DNA from: Perna viridis
Taxonomy: Eukaryota
NCBI GenBank assembly: GCA_037379345.1
Contig: CM074520.1
Coordinates: 16,471,488-16,535,487, forward strand
Length of the DNA: 64,000 bases
Direction of reading: 5' to 3'
The notes beneath the pieces are model-generated. The model was not told where the DNA came from. It did no database searches and saw nothing but the letters and a program-made list of their open reading frames with translations. A program made the position numbers and the translations under genes. Shown piece by piece: positions 38,545-51,500 of the stretch. How positions within the stretch are numbered: the first letter of the stretch is position 1; every line of letters starts with the position of its first letter.

Positions 38545-41500
38545 GTGAGTAGCAGTAAGGGCAAATTATTTATGTCTCATGTTGTAACTTTGGTGTTCAT
38601 TTCAACACTTAACCCTTAATGTCACCTAGGTTTTATTTCTTTACATTTGTTCATGATATTTTATATTTGACAGGGTCTTTTTTTTAAGTAGATAAAAAAT
38701 TGCTTCCATTGATGGCCCCAAAGTACCATTTATTTTTGGTATTGACAAATATAACATATTCATCTTAAACCATTTTCTAAAGCCTTTCTGTCATCAAGAT
38801 ACCATCGAGTTGTTAAATTATGATGGATAAACAGGGACTTATCAGAACAAAAATCTCCAGTATTTGTGTGGACTCTTTGAATTGCAATAAATTACACACA
38901 TCAGATTTAACAGTGAAATTGCCCATTATGGCCTTTTCAGTACTGTCACAATGATAGAAATAGGCCAAAAATATTATTTGTTGGTGTTCAAATGTAGATC
39001 ACTGGGAAATAACACCTCCTTGAAATATCTTGACATTTTTATGTGCTGGTCAGCTTTAGTGTAAAACACTTATTAAGTAAATATTTCATGACAGGTTTTG
39101 ATTGATGAATGTTTTCCTGTCCTTGTCTTAGCCCATTATCCCTTAAAAGTGGACAGTATCAGTTTTCATTTACTTTTTATCTCAAATTTTCACTTTCAAT
39201 AAACATTGAAGTAGAAATAGACCATAAATAGCCAAAATAGTTTAGATTGTGAAGTATCCTATTTTTGGGAACTGTACCAATAAAGGATTGGTCCATGGTC
39301 TCTTGAATGAACATTGTCCATTATTCAATTTATGGTCCATTTTCGGTGTCCATTCCATCGTTGGAATAATCTATTGTAGTAAGAAGGTCGTGATGGCCTA
39401 CAGTGGAAGGTTTACTGAGAAAACTTTTTAGAAAAGGAATTTTATTTCATAGGGATTTGTTTAAGAATCATAAGAGGTAATTTTAATTATTTTTATCTTA
39501 AATTATTGTCATTAGTTTTGATTAGTTTTCATTTTAGCAAATATATCTGTATGTTCAAAATTTTTTAATTCAAACTCACCTGAGATGTGAATTGGTCAGG
39601 GGTGCCCTCATATTGTAATCTGTGTTGAACAATAAGGCCAGACAATTGCATTTCTATCACTCTCATGCAATGCAACCAGGCTTCCATTGGGAAATCTGCT
39701 ATTAAACTATTTAGCATCTAGAAAAATACTATGGTTGTAAATACGCTTTTATCATTTAATTATCATTACATTTGGTCTTAATATATTCAAATATACATTC
39801 ACTTAAGGAGCTGATATCATTTTATGTTGGTTAAAATCCAGCTTGTGAATTTGTTGATGTTTCAGGGTTCTTGCTTTTTTGCAAATAAAAAAGAAAAGCA
39901 GAGAATGTTCATAATGTTTTGTATTTTTTATCTAGTCCATGTTTCCCAAGGGAGATAACTGTGATACACATTACTGCTATTCTTTCTTATTTAATCAGTC
40001 ATTTTTTAAGCCTTTGATGGTTGCCAAAAAAATAGAATTTTCATTTATATATTATCAAAGACATACTACATGATTATGCAAGATTAATTTATTGACATCT
40101 TTAACTTATGAAGTGAATTATTGCCTTAATGTTTGTCATTTTTAAATATCTTGGTAATTCATTAGGTCGTAAAAACTGGGTTGAGTTGTTCTGACACATA
40201 TGAGGTCAATGAAATCATATTTAAGATAATATAAACTGCTTAGAAACATAAAAATTATTTTGATAGTCAAATAAATAAGTCCAATACCCTATCACGGGTC
40301 TTTAAAGCTTAAAATAGTCTACTTGAGCAAACCGGACTAAAATTCACTTTTAATTCACAGTGGTCAAACATATGGCCTTACAGTACTGTAAATAATAAGA
40401 TTTGTTTGGACACTTCATGTGGTTATATTTGACACCCTCACACAAGGATATTTTACCATTTCATATAGAATCGAACTTATGCCCAGTTTCCTTTATTAAT
40501 AATTGGTGACGTAAAATCAACAAGGCATTGGTCATCGTAAGCTTGTGTAAATTGCTTTATCAAATAATGCTCACTTGTTAAACATTAGCCATTCAGTTAG
40601 GATTGTAAGATTATTGCTGACCAATATTCAACATTCAGGACTTCCTTTGTTATTAGAAAGTGGCATAGTTATTAAGAAATTTGAAAAAATCTTCTGCATA
40701 CATTTGCAAAAAAAAAAAGCAGTATTTTTAAGCAAGAGGAATGCTTTGACCTTTCAAATACTGGACCTTTTCTTAAAATGGAAGCAGATCAGATTTAAGT
40801 TTTTTTACAATTGCTCAAGTGGTGAAGTATAGTGAAACTACAGCAATCAAGGGAAATAACTCTGTACATAAGCAAAACTACACATTTAATGAACAGTTTA
40901 TTGAACATTGCATGTAGTTGTACTTCACACATTTAATACAACTATCTATCAACAAGCCAACAATTATATTTATCAAGTTAGGCAGATTACATGTAAATAT
41001 GATAATACAAAACTCCTACCAATCAATATTGATCAACCTACAATGACTCTAACATTCCTATCCGGAATACTACTGGTACCTAGATACTGTGTCAGGTGTA
41101 CTCTCCACGGCACACGTAGCTATGTTGTTCTTGCAAATAAATAACAATGGACTAATATTGATGGAGAGCTTTTGTATTTGACAATGTTAATCTCATTTAT
41201 ATCAAGATTTATTAACTTTTAAGTCCTTTTTAGATTTTTAAATTGGTGAAATAGAGTTAAATATGAAGTGAGTGTTTCCTAGGATGTAGATCTATTGATA
41301 GTACATATAATAGCGATATGGGGGGAAAAACCTGAGTATTAGTAGAATAAACCTCTCAATCAGGCACGCCTAGAATTAAATAATCATTGACTTGAAAATT
41401 GAAAAGTTGTATGATGAATACCATAAACTGTAAAATATGAACCATGCAGTATCTTGGCATATATTATGTGTTGTCTTTTATCAATCTTATTTCTTGTTAT

Positions 41501-43121
41501 CTTGCCCATAACTACCCAAGTAAGAAGTAAGATATCTGTACAAAAAAAAATATTAGGAACATTAACTCTCTCCTCAGACTTGAGAGCGAAAAACATTCCT
41601 TGGGGAAGGAACTTTTTACACACACTATCACCCTCCCCTTTTTCTCTCATCAGAAAACACTGTTTATATATCTTTACATTGATAAATATGTTCTCTTTCT
41701 GTGACTTGCACTTTACAAGTTACACATATATTATTCAAAATTATTTATGAAAATGATTATAATAATGACAATCTCTTATGAGGTAAATCATTTAAATTCA
41801 TAATTCTTGGTAAAAGTGCTTCTGTGTTCATATTTCTCTGGGTCACCTCTCGTGAGAATGCAGGCCTATTTTGGGAGGAGTTTGGCAAATATACTTTTAC
41901 TTATGAAAATGTACAAACAATGTTCTTGTCAATAAAGCAATCTGTTCAAACGTCTGGGAAACTGTTATTTCATTTGATTAAACTATTTGAAAATATGCTT
42001 TGCTGTCAAACAATTGTGTAAAAAAATAGTTCCTAGTTTATGAGTATTTGTATACAGTGATTTGAGTGGTATGTTTTATTTCGGGCTTATAATCAGAGAG
42101 AAGTTTGTTTTCAAATTTCCATCAGGTTTTGAGTTTCAACATGAGTCCAGTTTTCCTAAAGTAAACATAAGATACTGAACAGAGATGTTTGCTCACAAAC
42201 AAAGAGCTTGGTAACATTTATTTATACCACTCTAACCTCAAACCCAGGTAAATGATTGACCAATCGTTAGATAACCGCCATAATCAGTTGACATATATTG
42301 CATTAGGCCTTTACGACACTGGCTTGAATTTACAAGCCTAGAAATTTAGAAGGATAATTTTAGAGAAAATTTTTTCATAATTCGACTCTGGCTTAGATCT
42401 ACAAGCCTAAGGATTGAAGTAGGACTTTTTTTAGGAATTGCTTGAATCATCCAATTTTGCAAATCAGGATTTGAACTGATGCCTTTACAGATGAGTTTGT
42501 GTCATTTTCTGATTCATGCAGAGTTTTTGATGACACAAGTGGATATCGTGTTATGAAAATTTACAGATTCATTTTCTGGTGATTATATTTCAAATTACTA
42601 TTATAGCCATAAAGGATAAATTCATCCTGTGATGAGTTTACTTGTATTACTCAACTTTATGTAGCTGTCATATTTTGACAAAGGAATACCAATTTCCTGA
42701 TTGAAGGTTCAGAACAACGGGGATAATAATTTTGTAATCTGTCAATTGTTCACAGTATCAGATAGTTCCATCTGGGAAAAGTGAGCCATAAATGGAGAAC
42801 TAATTTCCGTAGAACTGGAACCAACTGTCAACTTTCCTAATTCAAATATTACTGAAACCATATGTAAATGAGATATATGATATGGCTGTGTTTGTTACAG
42901 ATGTATTTCTAAGGTTTCACAACAGCAGTGATTAAACACCTCTCCAGACAGGTGAAAAAGTCAACTAACATATTTAGCTAAGTTTATCACATGGTCAATT
43001 GCAGTGAATTTTTATCCTGAAAAAGTTCAGTGTCATTCACAACGATTTCCATGCTTTAAACAAGAACATGGTAACTGGTGGCAAAAAATCTGTTGTCTTT
43101 GTCAGTTACAGATAGAGTGAC

Positions 43122-43278
43122 ATGTCTAGTTTGACAGCTTTAAAACTTCTGTCCAAGTGTCTTTTTGATCATGATTTAAAACATTCTAATGACTTTAAAC
43201 GAAGGATGTCCTTGCCAGATTTGTGCAGCATCAGGTCATCTATGTGTTTTAATGGATGTAAAAAATACAAAGAAAAAG
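43122..43278 (+). CDS. Putative alternative first coding exon MSSLTALKLL...KRRMSLPDL...KKYKEK (phase 1)
   Basis: gacATG start, 52 open codons, donor AAG|GTAAAG in phase 1; contains an RRxSLP motif. Confidence 0.6.
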
Positions 43279-44284
43279 GTAAAGATAATTTTTTTTTCTC
43301 ACTAAATATGTTTTTATGAAAATATATGAAATACAAAAATATATTTAGTGGTCTTTCTTTTATCGTTGGCTTAAATTTAGGTTCAGTAGCATCTTTAAAT
43401 TTGTACATTCTCAATTTCTTGAACCATTTAAGAATTTATTGTTTGGAACAAAATTGCTATGAAAGGGAAACTTGATAATTTCTGATGTACCAAGAATAGA
43501 TTCGTTGTTTAGGGTGCACAACGTTACATAAAGACAAAATGTGGCAATTTAATTTTTAAGGGTCCACCCTTGTGTGCTTTGAAATTAAGCAACAAGATTA
43601 TGATATAACAGTATTACCCATCTTTGAACCAAAAAATTACATTCTGATACTTTAAGCCAGTTACTACATGGGAAATTTGTTTAACCCCACTGTGGAAAAA
43701 ATAAAACTAGACTAGGTCAGAATTGAGAGCTTAACCTGTTCTATTGAAATATTTTTACAAGCTGGTTAGATTTATTGTGGATTTTTTCTCTCAGGAAAAT
43801 TGATAGTTAAAGACTCAAAAACCTATCATAATAATCCTTTTCATGAGCAACTATGTCCCAAGAAGATATTTCGTACCATTATCTTTTAATAAAATTTCAC
43901 AAAAGATTTGGACCGAGTTCTTTCATTCCAGTATTTCTAATATGAATGTGAGTTATAACAAGTCCAACATCTTGCATTGTATCGCAACTGTATCAACTGT
44001 AACTTTGGTTTCATATCTGAACAGATTGCATTTAAATTTGGTATGATATCCTGTCATAATCTAACATATAAATGTACTTATAAGCAGCATGAATGTACAA
44101 ATGTTATCTAATGTCTGATAAAATGTTGAACAGAAATATTCCATACATAGGCGCGTAGAGATAGTGAAGTAATGCCTAGGTTTTAATCCATCGGCAATAG
44201 AAAGTGATCGTATCTTAAACTATTATGTATGTTCCAATAATGCCTTTATGTGAAATATTTGGTCGTTATTCATAGGACTTCCAC

Positions 44285-44318
44285 ATGTGCTTTTATAGTA
44301 TGTGTTCTCAGCCTAAAG
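44285..44318 (+). CDS. Possible alternative first coding exon MCFYSMCSQPK (phase 1)
   Basis: Two in-frame ATGs (44285, 44300), donor AAG|GTATGT in phase 1. Confidence 0.35.
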
Positions 44319-46024
44319 GTATGTGACTTGTACTGTGAGAGAAGAGAAATGAATGGTCCTTACTTGCAGTGCTTTAATGCAAAACCTACTAATCCTTTAA
44401 TCATGACTTTCAAATTGAATTTTAATCCCCTATTTCTTTGCCTTCCAAAAAGTTCTCTGGGCTAAATTGGACTAAGCATATAGACTATGGTTGCTAAATG
44501 CACTTTGATAAAACATTTTCAATGGTTAAGATTTCCAATACAGCTGAAACAAACTGGTATGACAAGCAAATATTAATCTGTATGTATGATTTTCTTTTTT
44601 TTTTCTTTTCTGAGGTATTTCATCTTTGGTCCATTTTCTTATCATTTTAGGGCTATTTATAAAAGCTGGTTTCCCTCTTGAATTGTAGATTTCGGTCATG
44701 ACACTGTGTTTACTTTTGCTGAGCCTTTCCTGTATGACCAACACTTGAAATGTGATGGCCTTTACAAATGGACAAAAGAAGCCTGACTTATTTTGGGCGT
44801 ATTAATTTATTTGAGCAAACTTTTTTGAAGTATTTGTTTTATGAATGTCCAGTTTTTGTGTAAACAAGTTCTATAAATATATCGTTACAAGAAGGTGTTT
44901 TTCAAACAGTCCAGTTATTGAAGAAACAAACTGTTATCTTGAAAAAGTTATATTTTCATAGAATCCATGTTGAGATTATTAAAAATAGAATTTAATTCAC
45001 TGTCTTCAGTCACGTAACAGAGAATGAATAACATTACATGTACTTAATTTGAATATTTTGTTTATTTTGATAAAGCTTATATTGATATAATATATAGCAC
45101 TATCTGTGCATCAGGTGCATGTCATAAAGTGCATGTATGCACATATTAAATGACAAAGTGCACTTCATAAATATTTCAAAATTACATGGTTGTAGAATGT
45201 ATTAAACCTGTATGAAATAGAGGACATGGTATTATGACAAAGTAAGGGATTTTTAATCCATATATATTTTATTTACTTCACGAACATCAAACAGATGACC
45301 AATTACCCAATACACTTGCATGGACAATTTCATCACTGTTTTCAAAGTAATAATGCACACTCATGCATTATATTTCAAATTAAAAATGCAAACATGAAAG
45401 ATATGCATGCATATTTTATCATAAGAGGAAGAATAAACCTGACAAGGTGTTAAATATCTACCTTTAACTACCTGTTTGATAGATCAAAGGGATCATTCTC
45501 CTCTGGTGTAACAAGGTGTTAATGAATAATATAAATATGCATCATTTGGGGCGTTACATAATGAAGGTATTCTTCAAAGGGAGGTAGTCAGGTTATGGCC
45601 TGTTATAGGTAACAGTGTGACCCCATGTCTTCATAAAACTGAGTAATAATCTCACAGGGTTTTATAAGTCTATTGTGTAGTCACTTTGTGATGAAATTAT
45701 TTCATTATGTAATTTCCCCCAATAAACAGATGTTAATAAATCAGATTTGTAGGGTGTATATCCTCAAATCTGTTCTGTTCTGTTCACTTTGTGTTGTTAA
45801 ATTGCTGGGAAGTAAAAGGTTTGAAAATCACATTGCACTGTAGGTATTTATGGTACCTTATTTTTTTTCCAACAATTTTATGAGAGAGTCCAAATTTTTT
45901 TTTTTTTTTTAGATAGAAAATCTTGCAAAATTTTGAGAAATACTTTTCAGTTAAGATTATAATCCTTGGGTAGAATGTTTGGTACCAGTACTTAGTTTTA
46001 CAAAAGTTATTTCTGTCTTTTCAG

Positions 46025-46096
46025 AAGTGGAAGCAGTTGAAGCAACAAGATGGTTAAAGGAAGCTGGATTTCCCCAGTACGCTCAGATGTATGAAG
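46025..46096 (+). CDS. STARD13: DLC/STARD13-family RhoGAP, SAM exon 1 (EVEAVEATRWLKEAGFPQYAQMYE)
   Basis: Acceptor ttctgtcttttcag, donor AAG|GTAAGA, phase 1-1. Matches the DLC1/STARD13 SAM motif EAKEACDWLRAxGFPQYAQLYE. The symbol denotes the family; an invertebrate gene would be co-orthologous to DLC1/STARD13/STARD8. Confidence 0.95.
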
Positions 46097-48471
46097 GTAA
46101 GATCAAAATCTAAAGTACATGTGACCCAGAAGTCAATTCAGAATCCTAGCTTATCTTGAATATTAACATGGAAATATAAGACATGAAACTGCATTATAAA
46201 ACACAGATTTGAATAGTTCATTCTCATATTTGATTAGTTTTCAATTATTGATTGGAGATCAAACATATGACCAAATTCAAAATGATCTCTATCCCAACAT
46301 GATTTTGATTCTGGTGCCACTTTTAAAGGTGGATTGTGGGAGTTAAATATGATTTAATAAACCCTATTTCCAAAACCTTACTTTTAGAAATTTGTAGGTC
46401 CTCAGTATAAATTAAAATAGTGTGTGTGCCTTAAACCATACCAATGTATAAAGCATGGGTTAAATCTAAGATCTTTCAGACAAGAATCGCTACTTACTTA
46501 GAGAAATCTTAAGCTTTAAGTAATATAATAAAGACATCTCAAATATTGGTTCTGTTATGTAGTCCTATACTCATGGGATAAACATGATGAATTTACACTG
46601 TCCAATCATAGGAGATATCAAATTTTCATGTCATTGTGACCTGTCAGTGATAAGCTGAAATTACCCTATTTTCTGATGTAAGCATTATTTGTTTGAAGTA
46701 TTTGACAGTTTTTCTCACTTTGCCTACTTGTACTATAATTCATAATCTTTTAATATTATTGTTTGTATCTCGATATTGAAATTCCATAAGATTGAGATCG
46801 TACTATAGTTTGTTCCACTTATTCTAGTGTTTATGATTTCGTCATTGTGGGGGGTTCCGGAAATTTCAAACAATGCCAAAGCTCTATGGATTTTTAGATT
46901 TAGAATGATTAAGGTTACAGAAAGTGGTGTGAGTAATATTGAAGATAAGAATAACCCAAATGGCTTCAACGTTTAAGGGAGATTTGTTTAAATGAAACAG
47001 TTCGGTTATACAGTCACAAAAGTTCCGCAACAACCAGCTGTTTAGTTTACAATCTTAATACATTTTGAATTTGAATTTGACGTTTATTTGTTTGAACTGT
47101 ACACATGACCATGCATTATTTACTATGATCTCCACCTATCATCTCAAAAACCTTACCACTAAAATAGCCCTAGTATACTAATTATAGAATAGGTTGGTGA
47201 TGTCAAACATGTTTAAACCCAGGGTTTGGTCCTCAGATGTCAAATAAAAAGAGATTTTGTATAGAACTCTTCAATATGGAGATTAACTTTGTCTTAAGTG
47301 AGATAAAAGTAATGGAACATTTCTGTACATTTTATCTGGACAGGAAATTGTTATTACGATAAATTTTCTTTTGTAGTTTGGATTTAGATACCTTAGTCTT
47401 GATATTTGAGTCTAAAATTTAATTTGAAAGTCTTGAATTTGATATTGAGAAAGTTTATCAGAAAGAAGCATGGACTCATCTCCTTTAAAGTAGGTTCATT
47501 CCATTACGTTTGGTCATGACGTAAGTTCTTCTAAGTTCTTTGGAGGGGGAACTTGGCTTATAACATGTAGCCGACAGTGAAGGGAGTAGATCTTGTTGGA
47601 GTTGTAGATACAGTGTTTTGTTGAATACATAAAAAAAATTCATACTAGTTTTTTTTTAACCCAATTATTGAAATACTGAAAATAATTTATTCCCAGAAAT
47701 TTATAAGCATAATCACATAAAGGTAAAAAATGAAAGTAAGGACATTCTTCAGGCAGATCTCTATAACAGGAAGTATTATGTAAGATTACATGTAAAATTA
47801 GTAGCATTTCAATTACAACTTCAAAAATGTCAAGAATTCATTAAAATGAGAAAGTGACCTTCCATTCATTCAAATTTTGCTTTAAATGTCAGTTTATAAT
47901 CGTCCAATATTTGTGGCATAACATGATACATTGTGAAAGTCCCACCATTCACAAAAGACTGCACCAGAGGCAGCTTTGGATGCTTGCCATTGATGTGTCC
48001 GATAGTATCGCCAACTCCTTTCATTGTCACATCAATTTGATCCAGTCTTACAGAATTTCACCTTACAAATCCACATGCCAAGTTTTATCAGCCTCCAATT
48101 ACACGCCAGACTTTCTATATTGTACATCAAATGTTTTTGCTATGTCTACACAGGAGTTCACAGATCTTAGCAGAAATGCTTCATTGAAAAAACTTGCCTG
48201 ATTCTTTATTTAGCAAATTAATATAATTTGGAATTAATTTAATTTTCACTGGTAAACGTTTGAAAAGTGATCATTTTGAGACTGGTTGGATTCCTGTGAA
48301 GAAACAATGTCATGTTGTTTAATATACAAAATGGAATATTGCAGAATTGTCATCTATACTGTTGAGAATTTATGTACTTGGTGTAATGTTGACATGATGT
48401 GCATTACTGAATCTTATGAAACTTGGTAGGAAAATTGATACCATTAACAATGTTAAGCATTTATTCTCCAG

Positions 48472-48553
48472 ATGGACAGTTTCCTGTAGATATTACATCA
48501 GTGGAAAAAGATCATGATTTCCTGGACAAAGATTCCATGCAGCCTCTTATCAG
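48472..48553 (+). CDS. STARD13: SAM exon 2 (DGQFPVDITSVEKDHDFLDKDSMQPLIR)
   Basis: Acceptor ttattctccag, donor CAG|GTAAAT, phase 1-2. Matches DLC1 FPIDISLVKREHDFLDRD. Confidence 0.95.
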
Positions 48554-51500
48554 GTAAATACATTTGAATTTATCATGAAACATAAATAATTGTAGAAAAT
48601 GAGGGTGCACGAAAAATTGTGGCCTGGTGAGAGATGATTCATGATGGAAGAACATACTTTTCTGATTGTATAGTTTACAAACCACCAAATTGAGTTGACA
48701 TTACAAGGTGGATATCTAGTGAATAATTGTGGCTTACACCATCAACTATTACTATTCAGTAATAGGGCAGTAGATAAAGGTTTCACGTCCCATATTAAAA
48801 ATGAATGTAACAAACTTGAGAAGTTAAAGAAATGTGAGTAGCCCACTTTCTTTTATTTGTTCATTGTGCCTTAGAGTGCCAGCTTGAGTTGCACATGTAA
48901 TCATGAAAAGTCTTATATTAGTCTATTTTTGGATTAGATAAAGCCTTAAGACTAGATGAAATTGCAATCGTAGTAATCCTCAAAATATGAATTCTCAACA
49001 ACAATTTAAACAGGGTGTCAACACGAACAAATAAAGCTTAAGGATATTTTATTAAAGTTCAATTTATCACCAAAACATAAAATTTTATCAACTAGTATCT
49101 TTGTCATGATTTATGTCCCCTTTAATATCGTCAATTTCTATCTGTTTTAACAGGCCCAAGGTTCTAGTAATGGGTATTTTTATGAGAGATCCCCACCCAA
49201 TATGGTATCTGATACTTTGTTAAATTTATAGCCCCAAAGTCATTGATAATTTATCATTTAAGGGTCAAGGAATTAATTTTGTATCATTTTATATCATTTA
49301 TATTGTAAAACTGTCAAAATGGTATTATTGTTTTTTATCTGAATAATTAATCTTTAATTGGATTAAGTTACATGGGTTAAACTGTTGTCATTGTATTTCT
49401 GCAAGTCATTTAAATATTATACTGGTGGAATTTATCAGGGGTTATTTTATTATGGTAGGGATGAAATTAGTGGGTTTTTTTTCATGATCTAATTAGAAAT
49501 GATATATAAACAAGCTTGTTGTTGATTTATTGTGTCACATATGATAGAGGTATCTGATGGAATAAAATCTTTTGACAATATAGTTACAAAATAAACATCA
49601 ATTTTTTCAAATTCTTTGCATCCCCCCTTTTTCCTCAAGTATCATTTGTCAGTAAAACATGAACATATAAGACTTGTAAACATATAGGAGCCTGTCGTCT
49701 ATGATATGATCGAAGTTTGTAAATACTTTAACCCTTCAATTATAATAACAAAGGGTCCTGTATATGAAACGAACCATAAAATGTAATAAGATGTAGAGAT
49801 ATGGCGTTAAATTGTAGAGGTTGTGCACACATGGTTATTATGCAGTTGTCTTCAAATAAGAATGGTAAGTTTTGTTTTCTTGAAAATGCCATGAGATACT
49901 GTAGATTTAACTTAAGATATTGTTGTATCTACTAAGTTACAGTCACATAAACAAATTTTGAGAATACACTGTTTTAGAAATCATTTTTTTTTTCATGAAG
50001 TAGAAATATTTTCTTTTCCACACACAAATTTTGACAGGTACTCCTAAATTGGGAAATTATACATTTTCATTATTATGCCATAAAAAGGTTCATATGAAAA
50101 CCTTCCCTGTATCATTGTAACAAATACTGCATCCAATGGTATTATAATTTCCTGGTCTTTTGAACCTGTTTATGAAATATGAAATAGTTATATTGTTTTG
50201 GGGTATTTTTTTCTTCCTTATTGGAAAATTTGTTGATGTTTACCAGAAGACTGTTGAACTTTATGATAAGGCTTGATTCAAATCGAAGTGTGAATGTTTA
50301 CAAATACAATTTACAATATCGTAGCTATGTTCTTTTCGGACATCGAACCTTTAAATATCCTTGAAAGTTTTTTAAAAGTTAAAGATTTTCTCTTCTCAAA
50401 TTTTGATTTGACACTGACAAGACGATTTCTAACATATTAGGTAATGCCTCATACAAGTGTAATTTAGTTTTTCAAATTGAAGCATGGTCCATTAAAGGCT
50501 AAATATTGTTATAACTTAGAAGTCATTATTTTGATAGATTTTGCCCTATTCACACATTCTTGCCATTTTACCTTTGTAGTAGGTGTTACTTCAATAATCA
50601 CAGGGGTCAATGACCACCAGGAAATACTCTTCTGAGGCTTTAGATTACATTATGTTACCAAAAAAGATGTTACTTTCTTTATATCTATCTTAATAGGTAT
50701 TTTACATTACAAAAAATTACTTTGATTTACTCTTTTTTTTCTTTTTTCGTTTTTATTATTTTTTTTTTTTTTTTAATAAATGACCCTGATATACAAGAAG
50801 AAATAAAATTGTAATTCTAGTGGAGTAAATACTATAAGGTTGCAAAAAAATGTTTTAAAAGAGACCTCTGAAGTTCAAATTAGATAAATATAAATTTTAA
50901 ATAAAAAATATATACATTTTAGAAAGTCAGAATTTGAAAGAAAATATAAGATGAATTTTAAAATGTTGCTTACAAAGGCTTTTAAAAATAAACATAAAAT
51001 TTTAAAAAGGAAAAATTGGAAATGTATTTCAATTTAGGATGTGGAAAGCCATAAATTCAAAAGTGCTTTTTTTTTTTTCTTTCAACAATTCTTTTATAAT
51101 TGTGGTTTGATTCACTTGTCAATTTCATAGTAAAAAGGATGTCCTACAAATTAAATAAACTCTAAAAATTGATTAAAACAACCTCTTTATAACACCTAAT
51201 TAATGTAAAATAAAGATGACAATTACTAATTAACATGACATGTATATTAAATAATCATTGATTTATTAATTAAGTGCATATATAAATTTCTCAATGTCAT
51301 AATTTCCTGTTAAAAGTCGTTGATTTCAACACCAGGGGTAAATATACATCCAAGACAATAGATCATTTACCTGCTTGAGAAACAATTAGTCGCCTATAGA
51401 TCAAAGGAAAACTTTAAAGTTCAAAACAAAAGGTGTAATTGCATTAATTTATACAGGTGAGTAATAACAAATGGATAGAATTACTTTTTTGTGATATTTG

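Noticed and set aside
961-45000. Remaining 60-105 aa ORFs in the supplied track
   Set aside because: Random ORFs in AT-rich intron sequence, many starting at TTG or GTG, with no homology or splice support.
46733-46969. Minus-strand 78-aa ORF considered as a NUMT or transposon fragment
   Set aside because: No motif I can match to a mitochondrial or transposon protein.
47854-48201. 115-aa + strand ORF and overlapping 52-aa minus-strand ORF (48024-47866) in the SAM intron
   Set aside because: No recognisable domain and no supporting splice structure.
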